This document shows, in pieces, positions 1 through 7,013 of a DNA stretch of 64,000 nucleotides. A program made the translations under genes and the position numbers. Below the pieces are notes generated by a model. It was not told the DNA's origin and ran no database searches. It worked only from the letters and a program-made list of their open reading frames with translations. The DNA is from Eubacteriales bacterium (GTDB lineage Bacteria > Bacillota > Clostridia > Oscillospirales > CAG-272), in NCBI GenBank assembly GCA_048526005.1, contig DBFVEH010000005.1:2727-66726 (forward strand). The letters run 5' to 3'. The number at the start of each line of letters is the position of its first letter. The stretch's first letter is position 1.

Positions 1-11
1 ATCAACTTAGG

Positions 12-227
12 ATGTTATGTGAAACTGAGATTACTTTCGAATGTTTTTATACATTAGGTGAAAAATTATACCTTGAAAATAAAATATCAGTAAGCAAGTT
101 TGAGAGTTTTATTAAGTTTTTTTATCATTCAAAATTTAAAGATCATTTAATAATTTTTCAAAAAAATTTTATAAAACAAGGTTTTAATGAAGAAAAAGAT
201 ATAGTTTTAGAAAGATATTTATCTTGA
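12..227 (+). CDS. Small ORF, candidate immunity protein of an upstream off-window toxin module (may extend 5' of the window)
   Basis: The frame is open to the window edge. Its stop TGA directly abuts the ATG of the next toxin cassette (tgaATG at 225-230). AT-rich, no recognisable motif. Confidence 0.3.
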   Translation: MLCETEITFECFYTLGEKLYLENKISVSKFESFIKFFYHSKFKDHLIIFQKNFIKQGFNEEKDIVLERYLS

Positions 228-752
228 ATGACTACTGGCGAGGAAATCATAACGACGCCGACACATCCGTTCTGGGTACCTGAAAAGGGATGGACAGATG
301 CGATACAACTGCGGGCAGGAGACAGGTTACAGCTACTGAACGGCGAGTATGTCATCATAGAGCAGGTACAGCATGAAATCCTTGAAGATCCAGTGACGGT
401 CTATAACTTCGAGGTTGAGGATTTTCATACATACTTTGTTGGTGAAACGAGTGTGTTGGTGCATAATAGGTGTGATTATCAATCACCTCAAGGTGGTGGG
501 GGAATTACTGATCAAGTTAAAATTGGAAATAAAAATATTACATTTGGACATGGTGGACGTCATTTAGCTGGCTCAGGATTATCTGTGCAACAAGTTAATA
601 ATGCGATTGCTAATGATGTAATATCACGGCCTGCTACAAACGGTATTGTTGGTCATGGAACTGTAACGATTGGGAGTGTAAATATTTATTATGATTATTT
701 TACTCGATCAGACAACTTAATACATATTGGTACATATTACATAAAACCTTAA
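228..752 (+). CDS. Orphan polymorphic-toxin C-terminal cassette: C-terminal half of a Hint (PT-HINT) domain plus an approx 90-aa variable toxin tip
   Basis: Hint-domain hallmarks: TTPTHPFWV...GWTDAIQLRAGDRL...VYNFEVEDFHTYFV...VLVHNRC, ending in the HN+Cys splice-like junction. An unrelated Gly/His-rich tail follows. Composition shifts from moderate GC to AT-rich at about nt 470. Confidence 0.7.
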   Translation: MTTGEEIITTPTHPFWVPEKGWTDAIQLRAGDRLQLLNGEYVIIEQVQHEILEDPVTVYNFEVEDFHTYFVGETSVLVHNRCDYQSPQGGGGITDQVKIGNKNITFGHGGRHLAGSGLSVQQVNNAIANDVISRPATNGIVGHGTVTIGSVNIYYDYFTRSDNLIHIGTYYIKP

Positions 753-932
753 TTACAGTCAAATTACTTTGCAAATCTAATTATTGATATTCTTATGTGT
801 TGTATACAGATAAATGGGCTTCAGAATAGATGTCAGTAATTCGATGAATACATGGGGCTCACCGGGGGAAAAAATATTTTTCCGGTTGTTTCTCTCGGTG
901 TGCCCCACTATATAATAATCAGGGAGGCAATT

Positions 933-1289
933 ATGATAAATAATAAAGCATTATCAGAAAATGAGATAAAAATGTTATCTTTCTTTACCGATAAAATTGA
1001 GTGGCAAAGAGATGATATTATTTATCAAATCAACCATGCTGAAATTAGAACGGAGTGTTCGCCTTACTTTTATATTATAAAATTTGTGTATGAAGAAAGC
1101 AGCAACCTGCTTTCTTTAAATTATAAATATGACTTAAGAATACAGATTATCCATGGCGATACAGCGCCAACCGTTATGATTTTGTTTATAAAAGAGGGGC
1201 GGGTGCAAGAATTTGAAGTGTATAATGCAGATTCCAGTAATATAGTTTTTGAAAGACTTTATGAAGGATATATCATAAAAGAATTTTAA
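933..1289 (+). CDS. Candidate cognate immunity protein (118 aa)
   Basis: ATG at 933 is preceded by AGGGAGG (921-927). It is a small cytoplasmic ORF immediately downstream of the toxin tip. The 852 start in the ORF track lacks an RBS. Confidence 0.45.
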   Translation: MINNKALSENEIKMLSFFTDKIEWQRDDIIYQINHAEIRTECSPYFYIIKFVYEESSNLLSLNYKYDLRIQIIHGDTAPTVMILFIKEGRVQEFEVYNADSSNIVFERLYEGYIIKEF

Positions 1290-1432
1290 AAAGAACAGCC
1301 ATAAATCGAACAATATGGAGTGTAAGATGTATTGAATAATACTTTATACTACAATCGCATTTTGGTGTGAAATGGGAAATATCCTAATCCATATTTATAA
1401 ATACCTTCTATCTCTAAATAAAGATAAAGGTA

Positions 1433-1461
1433 TTGACAAAATGTAAATGATTGTGTATAAT
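1433..1461 (+). promoter_or_regulatory. Consensus sigma-A type promoter (TTGACA-17 nt-TATAAT)
   Basis: TTGACA at 1433-1438, 17-nt spacer, TATAAT at 1456-1461. Confidence 0.55.
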
Positions 1462-1550
1462 GTAAAATAATAGAAGCGTGCAAATTTAATGATGATTTCA
1501 CTCCCTTAAATTTCTTGACAGTCAAAATATGAAAGCCTTACAACGGCGAT

Positions 1551-1676
1551 ATGGTGAATGAAATGAAGCAAAGAAAAGAAGCGGATCGTCTACGGAAAAT
1601 ATGGCGTATATGGATGAATAACGCCGGTTTTTTCTCCGCGCTTTTTTGGATATGCGAAGTATCACAAATTGAATAA
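1551..1676 (+). CDS. Possible 41-aa small protein (MVNEMKQRKEADRLRKIWRIWMNNAGFFSALFWICEVSQIE), or a non-coding transcript
   Basis: It is the only ORF between the 1433 promoter and the 1685 terminator, and its stop lies 8 nt before the terminator stem. The RBS is weak (GGTGA before the internal ATG at 1563). Confidence 0.25.
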   Translation: MVNEMKQRKEADRLRKIWRIWMNNAGFFSALFWICEVSQIE

Positions 1677-1684
1677 TAGAGCTT

Positions 1685-1733
1685 AAAGCTCCGGTAATTG
1701 CGTAATATGCAATATGCCGGAGCTTTGTTTATA
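1685..1733 (+). terminator. Rho-independent terminator
   Basis: Perfect 10-bp stem AAAGCTCCGG / CCGGAGCTTT (1685-1694 / 1717-1726) with an inner 5-bp stem in the loop, followed by GTTTATATAT. Confidence 0.6.
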
Positions 1734-1823
1734 TATATATTTCCCCGGCCAGAGCAAAGTTTTCCCAATGCAAACACATCCAGACATCAAAAAACAGGAG
1801 ACATGAAAGGAAAGGTAAGGACT

Positions 1824-2078
1824 ATGAAAAAGCTCAGAAAACTCAGCTTCAGGACACTGGCGGTGATCTTATCGGTACTGATGGTGGTATATCTGCTGCT
1901 GCTGTCGGTATTTGCGAACGAGGCGAATAAAAGCGGTGAAAACAGCGAGGAGAACAACATTTGCCAAGATGCAGAAGCAAAGGCGGCGAAAGCAATTCTT
2001 GCAAATCTTGATGATGAAAGCGATGCAGAGAATACGGATTCTGCTTTCTCCAAAGATGAAAGCGAGGATAAAAAGTGA
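1824..2078 (+). CDS. Small membrane-anchored or secreted acidic protein (84 aa)
   Basis: MKKLRKLSFRTLAVILSVLMVVYLLLLSVFA has an N-terminal hydrophobic segment followed by a D/E/S-rich tail. GGAAAGG lies 8 nt upstream of the ATG at 1824. Confidence 0.4.
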   Translation: MKKLRKLSFRTLAVILSVLMVVYLLLLSVFANEANKSGENSEENNICQDAEAKAAKAILANLDDESDAENTDSAFSKDESEDKK

Positions 2079-2230
2079 AAGGAACATGAGGAAGCGGAAG
2101 CTAAGAGAAAAATAGGCTGATTTTGCCAATAGTATATTTATAACGAAAATAATTATTATTAATTTTGACAAATTTCGCCTTGCGGTTTTGGTAATTTTTT
2201 ACAAAAAATAAAGTTAAATATTAAAATGTC

Positions 2231-2259
2231 TTGACATAGAATTCAATATAATATAAAAT
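2231..2259 (+). promoter_or_regulatory. Candidate promoter of the RiPP operon (TTGACA-17 nt-TAAAAT)
   Basis: TTGACA at 2231-2236 and TAAAAT at 2254-2259, in a very AT-rich intergenic region upstream of the 2333 gene. Confidence 0.4.
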
Positions 2260-2332
2260 AAAAATGTAAAATAAAAACATAAAAAGTATAAATTAGTATA
2301 TTTATAAAATATCAGATAAAAAGGTTAAAATA

Positions 2333-3313
2333 ATGATGAAAATTTTGCCGATAAATATTACTCCGCTTTTGAAAACTTATCAAAATACGGCGCTCCCTCT
2401 TGCAGCGGTGTCTTGTGGAACGCATGAAGAAGACATTGTTAAATATTGTATCAATCATTTTATACAACTCCGATATCATCGTAATCGCAAAATGTTAGAT
2501 TTTTGGCACTCAAGATACTCTGACTGGTACTGTATTGAAGTTCAAAATACATTAAGAAATGATTTTTTTAATATATGTAATCTTTCAATACTGGAAATAA
2601 TTAAAAATGCGATTGATCAAAATTTATATGTATATACGATTGTGAATGAATTTTATATACCGGAAAGAAACAGATATCAAAAAGAGTATTATCCCCACGA
2701 TATTTTGATATACGGCTATAACGAAGATGGAGTAATTGCGTTAGGCTATAATGACCGGTTGGTTTTGTCACCGGTTACAGTTCCTTATTCTATGTTTATA
2801 GAAGCTGTACAGTCTGTTCAGCATTTGTTTTTTATTGATTTTTTTACTTATGCGTCTTACAACGCGTATACGATTAATATGAAACAGATTGAGTGCTATT
2901 TAAAAGATTATATATACTCGGAGAATTCCGATTACAAATATAAGTTCATGAATACGGATAGTATTTGTTCATATGGAATAAATGCTATATTTGAAATGTT
3001 CCATCATGAGAAAACCGAGTTTGAAAGCAATGGAAATTTGGATTTCCGAAATTTTGATTGTTATTATGAACACAAGCGGATGATGCAGCTGCGTATTCAA
3101 AGTGTTGGACAAATTCTTGGTGATGATCAATATAATGTAGAGTATGCCAAAATAAAGAATGATGCATTTATTATTAGAAATCTTGCTTTAAAGGCAAAAA
3201 AGTTGAAGGAATTAAAAATAATAGAAGATATAGAAAACCGGATAAAAAACAATGTAGAGCAAGAAATAGTGTTGCTGTCAGAGCTTTTATTGAAAATATC
3301 ACAAAATATATAA
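2333..3313 (+). CDS. 326-aa hypothetical protein, first gene of the RiPP operon; possible papain-like (C39-like/BtrH_N-like) Cys-His enzyme
   Basis: Long AT-rich ORF with no signal peptide. It has SCGTHEEDIV (Cys28 at the start of a predicted helix) and YPHDILIYGYNEDGVIALGYND (His122 followed by a hydrophobic strand + GY[ND]). That is the pattern of papain-fold peptidases/acyltransferases. The functional call is tentative. Confidence 0.5.
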   Translation: MMKILPINITPLLKTYQNTALPLAAVSCGTHEEDIVKYCINHFIQLRYHRNRKMLDFWHSRYSDWYCIEVQNTLRNDFFNICNLSILEIIKNAIDQNLYVYTIVNEFYIPERNRYQKEYYPHDILIYGYNEDGVIALGYNDRLVLSPVTVPYSMFIEAVQSVQHLFFIDFFTYASYNAYTINMKQIECYLKDYIYSENSDYKYKFMNTDSICSYGINAIFEMFHHEKTEFESNGNLDFRNFDCYYEHKRMMQLRIQSVGQILGDDQYNVEYAKIKNDAFIIRNLALKAKKLKELKIIEDIENRIKNNVEQEIVLLSELLLKISQNI

Positions 3314-3328
3314 TCTAATTTTTTTGTT

Positions 3329-3523
3329 AATAACAATAGGAAGTCTTAAATCTTAAATAAAGAAAGGAGGTGAAATCATGAAACTTGTTAAAAATGTGAA
3401 GAAAATCCAGAAAGTTAAACTGTTTAGTTATCCGGAATTCGGTTGCAATGTTTGCTGCAACTAAATCTGTATAAACATATACATTATAATTTATAATTAA
3501 AAAATAGGCTTCCTATTGTTATT
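3329..3523. repeat. 15-bp perfect inverted repeat bracketing the precursor gene
   Basis: AATAACAATAGGAAG at 3329-3343 and its exact reverse complement CTTCCTATTGTTATT at 3509-3523. The downstream arm also takes part in a local 6-bp hairpin (AATAGG ctt CCTATT, 3503-3517). Confidence 0.85.
3378..3464 (+). CDS. RiPP precursor peptide, 28 aa: MKLVKNVKKIQKVKLFSYPEFGCNVCCN (absent from the ORF track)
   Basis: Translated by hand. Strong RBS AAAGGAGG lies 7-8 nt upstream of the ATG at 3378. The leader is Lys-rich and the C-terminus has three Cys (GCNVCCN). It sits immediately upstream of the ACP-like and radical-SAM/SPASM genes. Confidence 0.7.
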   Translation: MKLVKNVKKIQKVKLFSYPEFGCNVCCN

Positions 3524-3575
3524 TTATATTGAACTGAAAAGTAATATATAGTAAATGTGTTGATGGGGAATGTGT

Positions 3576-3830
3576 ATGGAAAATAAAAGAAGTGAAATCG
3601 AATTACAATTAAAACAGATAATGAATGAATCTGGAGTTGAAATGGATTTGAGCAATCCAAATGAAGATTTAAAATTGGATTCTTTACATTATATATCCAT
3701 TATCTGTGAAATTGAAACGGTGTTTGATATCGAAATTCCTGATGAGTTTTTGGGGGAGAATGCTTTATCCAGTTTTAATGATTTTGTGCAATTGATTTGC
3801 AGTGCAAAAGGAGAAAAATATGTCGTATAA
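3576..3830 (+). CDS. Acyl-carrier-protein-like protein (84 aa)
   Basis: LKLDSLHYISIICEIETVFDIEIPDEF contains the DSL phosphopantetheine-attachment-type motif and has the layout of helix II/III of ACPs. GGGGA lies upstream of the ATG at 3576. The 3' end overlaps the radical-SAM start by 11 nt. Confidence 0.7.
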   Translation: MENKRSEIELQLKQIMNESGVEMDLSNPNEDLKLDSLHYISIICEIETVFDIEIPDEFLGENALSSFNDFVQLICSAKGEKYVV

Positions 3831-5166
3831 GAAGTCTGCCTACATAGTAAAAGCATTTAATAAAGATGGGGAATTGATTATAAAAAATACGCTTACGCAA
3901 AAAATATTGAAAGCTCATCCTGAACATATTTCCGATGTAGAAAATGCGTTGAACCGAAGTTACGAAGGGGTTGAAATTTTAGAAGGTATACCAGAAAAAT
4001 TATATCAAAATGGATTTATTATTGAAGGGAATGTAGATGAAGATTTAATTGTAGACTATACATTTAATCAATATTCTTATGGAAGTAATATCTTAGAGTT
4101 GACTGTATTGCCAACGAATGCCTGTAATTTTGATTGTGTATATTGTTACCAAAAAGAACCTTATTTTTGTATGACGGATCATACTGTAGACAATCTTATT
4201 AAATTTATTGAAAAACATATAAATGAGTATTCTGGATTGTTGATTTCATGGTTCGGGGGCGAGCCGTTGCTTGCCAAAAAGATTATCATTCAAGTGATGG
4301 ACCGGGTTAGAGATATTTGCAGAAAAAATAAAAAACCGTTTTATTCAAGTATTACTACAAACGGTTATGAGTTGGATTTATCTACATTTGAAAGCTTAGT
4401 TGCCAATCATGTTAGATTTTTTCAAATAACAGTTGATGGCCCCAAAGATATACATAATCGTCAACGTCCTCATAAAACAAAACCGGATTCGTTTGAGACG
4501 ATTATGAGAAATTTGACTGATATCAAGCGGACAATGACAAAACATAGATTTATTATTGCTGTTCGCGTGAATGTTTCCTCGGCGCTTAGGTCTTATCTGA
4601 ACGAGTTTATAGAATTTTTATATACACAATTTGGGAATGACAAGCATTTTACAATTGTATGGGAGTTTATCAGGGATTGGGGAGGAGATAAAATAGAAAA
4701 TAATAAGGATCTTATGATGGATCATAAATTATCAAATCAATGGTTAGATACTTTATCTAATAAAGGTTTTGAAATCAATAAAGGTTTTGCTCGAAATAAT
4801 ATATCGGAATCGCTTTGCACCGCTTCTAAGAAAAATGGATTTGTTATTAATCATGACGGCGGAGTTTATAAGTGTGCAATGGTAGTTGAAAATGAAGAAA
4901 TGAAAGCGATTAATAGAATAGGGTATATTACTTCTGATGGAGATATGTCATTAGATCTATCTAAAATGGTAAAATGGTTAGGGCGAGATCCTGTAGATAA
5001 AGAGTGTGTGAAATGTCAGCATTATCCAGAGTGTATGGGGGTGAGTTGTCCGTTATCAACACGTATTTTAAAGAATCCGAAGCATTGCAGCGAAACATTT
5101 ATAGATGATTATGAAATGATATTAAGAAATGTTGACGCAATCAATAATATAGAGTACGTAGTGTAG
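3820..5166 (+). CDS. Radical SAM / SPASM-domain peptide-modifying enzyme
   Basis: CNFDCVYC (CxxxCxxC) after an approx 100-aa N-terminal extension that may be a peptide-binding/RRE-like region. GGEPLL motif present. The C-terminal Cys pattern C-x18-C ... CVKCQHYPECMGVSC ... C is typical of SPASM auxiliary clusters. AAAGGAG RBS before the ATG at 3820. Confidence 0.9.
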   Translation: MSYKKSAYIVKAFNKDGELIIKNTLTQKILKAHPEHISDVENALNRSYEGVEILEGIPEKLYQNGFIIEGNVDEDLIVDYTFNQYSYGSNILELTVLPTNACNFDCVYCYQKEPYFCMTDHTVDNLIKFIEKHINEYSGLLISWFGGEPLLAKKIIIQVMDRVRDICRKNKKPFYSSITTNGYELDLSTFESLVANHVRFFQITVDGPKDIHNRQRPHKTKPDSFETIMRNLTDIKRTMTKHRFIIAVRVNVSSALRSYLNEFIEFLYTQFGNDKHFTIVWEFIRDWGGDKIENNKDLMMDHKLSNQWLDTLSNKGFEINKGFARNNISESLCTASKKNGFVINHDGGVYKCAMVVENEEMKAINRIGYITSDGDMSLDLSKMVKWLGRDPVDKECVKCQHYPECMGVSCPLSTRILKNPKHCSETFIDDYEMILRNVDAINNIEYVV

Positions 5167-5183
5167 ACGGAGGTTACATTGTT

Positions 5184-7013
5184 TTGGAAAATCTTACAAT
5201 TGCTATTATTGACAGCGGAGTAGATAAAATGGACCATTACCGAGGAATATCTATATATTTAGATGATAATACTGGTTCGTATAAAATTTGCGACGATTTC
5301 AATGATCAAAATGGACATGGAACCATTGTTGCTAATATTATAGAATCTCATATTCAATGTGCAGATTTGTTTATTGTAAAGATATTTGGAGATGAAGAAG
5401 AAATAGAAACCGAAAAACTTATCTTTGCTTTGGATTATTTAGCATGTGAAATTCATCCCCAATTGATACATTTAAGTATGGGCGTTTCATTTTGTGATAG
5501 AATTGGGGATTTAAAAGTAATATGCGAAAATTTGGCGAGAGAGGGTACTATCATTATTTCTGCATACGATAATGATGGGTCGCTATCATATCCTGCTGCA
5601 TTTTCATCGGTCATAGGAGTTGAAAGTTCCTCCAAAATTAGAAAAACTACGGAATATTTCTTTTTGCAGGAATCACCAATTAATATTGCGGCAATCGGCG
5701 TAGCACAGAGATTGAAAGGCAAAGAGGATCGATACTTTGATGTTGTAGGTTCAAGCTTTGCTGCGCCATATATAACCGCTATTATCGCAAATATGCTTCA
5801 AAAAGAACAGACCATGCTGTCAATAAAAGAAGTCCTTTTGAAATTACAAGAAAATGCAAAGGAAGTATATACTTATTCGAGAAATTCTCCCATTGAGGGG
5901 TCATTTCCCATTAAATGTGCGATTGTTTTACCATATAATAAAGAAATCAATACTTTGGTTCGTTTTAAAGACGAATTGGATTTTGAATTATTTGGCGTTT
6001 ATGATTTAAAGTTTTTGAATAATATTGGTAAAGAAATTATATTAGAGCAGAAAAGTGTTAAAATTGAGCCGATTGATAAAATTCCGTGGACGGAAGCTTT
6101 TGATACGGTAGTATTGGGACATTTAGAAGAGTTGAACTCTATTTCACACCGAGATTATACAGAAAAAATTGTAAATTGCTGTATTAAATACCGTAAAAAT
6201 CTTTATTCTTTTGACCAATTAAATACGGAGCAGCAAATTCGATTTAAAAATGCTAATCTGAAATTTTTCACGCCAACGATAACAAAAAAGAATGTTCCAT
6301 ATAATCAAGAGGGAAAATTGCGTCAAATTGCGAAGCCCATTTTATGCGTAGCCGGAACATCATCAAAACAAGGAAAATTCAGCCTTCAAATGCGGTTAAA
6401 GAATTCAATGAAAAAGCAAGTTCGCGTTGGAATGCTATCAACAGAGCCTTCAGGATATTTACTTGGAGCAGATGTTGTTTTTCCTGTGGGATATAATTCT
6501 ACTGTTTCCCTTGAAAATGGAGATCAATATATCGCTTCCATTAACGCTGCCATGGGAATGATTGAGGATAAAAATGTTGATCTTATCATTACCGGGCTGC
6601 AATCTCAGACGATTCCAATGAAATTGTGTAATCTTCGAGATATGGTCCTTTGCAATCATTATTGTTTGCTTGGCATTAATCCAGATGTTGTGGTTTTGGT
6701 CGTTAATGTTTTTGACGATTTTGACTATATTAAGAGAACAATTCATTATTTGGAAAATATTATTGTGTGTGATGTCATCTCTATCGTTGTATTTCCAATA
6801 ATGCGAACATTCAAATGGAATACTTTGGGAGATTTATCTGTTCGTTATAACGAAGATGTTTTGCAGGACTTTAAAGAAAGATTGGGCAGTTTTTTAGACA
6901 AACCGATTTTTGTTCTGGACAATGACAAGGACATGGACGCATTGGTTTCTATATGTTTTGGCTATTTTTTGAAGGAAGAAAAAACAATAATGGAGAATTA
7001 TGATGAACAATAG
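5184..7013 (+). CDS. Fusion protein: N-terminal subtilisin-like (S8) serine peptidase + approx 370-aa C-terminal domain of unknown function
   Basis: Asp (IAIIDSGVD), His (NGHGTIVA) and Ser (GSSFAAPYITA) triad motifs are all within the first approx 200 aa. There is no signal peptide. The C-terminal part has a P-loop-like CVAGTSSKQGKFS motif. TTG start at 5184 with GGAGG upstream. Confidence 0.8.
   Translation: MENLTIAIIDSGVDKMDHYRGISIYLDDNTGSYKICDDFNDQNGHGTIVANIIESHIQCADLFIVKIFGDEEEIETEKLIFALDYLACEIHPQLIHLSMGVSFCDRIGDLKVICENLAREGTIIISAYDNDGSLSYPAAFSSVIGVESSSKIRKTTEYFFLQESPINIAAIGVAQRLKGKEDRYFDVVGSSFAAPYITAIIANMLQKEQTMLSIKEVLLKLQENAKEVYTYSRNSPIEGSFPIKCAIVLPYNKEINTLVRFKDELDFELFGVYDLKFLNNIGKEIILEQKSVKIEPIDKIPWTEAFDTVVLGHLEELNSISHRDYTEKIVNCCIKYRKNLYSFDQLNTEQQIRFKNANLKFFTPTITKKNVPYNQEGKLRQIAKPILCVAGTSSKQGKFSLQMRLKNSMKKQVRVGMLSTEPSGYLLGADVVFPVGYNSTVSLENGDQYIASINAAMGMIEDKNVDLIITGLQSQTIPMKLCNLRDMVLCNHYCLLGINPDVVVLVVNVFDDFDYIKRTIHYLENIIVCDVISIVVFPIMRTFKWNTLGDLSVRYNEDVLQDFKERLGSFLDKPIFVLDNDKDMDALVSICFGYFLKEEKTIMENYDEQ

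Noticed and set aside
1698-2078. 126-aa ORF-track call for the small membrane protein, and the antisense 79-aa ORF at 1538-1777.
   Set aside because: The 5' part of the 126-aa ORF runs through a strong terminator hairpin (1685-1733). The sensible start is the MKKLRK codon at 1824. The antisense ORF has no RBS and covers the same terminator.
2251-2332. A-tract-rich leader (ATAAAATAAAAATGTAAAATAAAAACATAAAAAGTATAAA), considered as phased DNA curvature or a structured repeat.
   Set aside because: The tract spacing is irregular. The sequence is more simply explained as extreme AT-richness of the island intergenic DNA.
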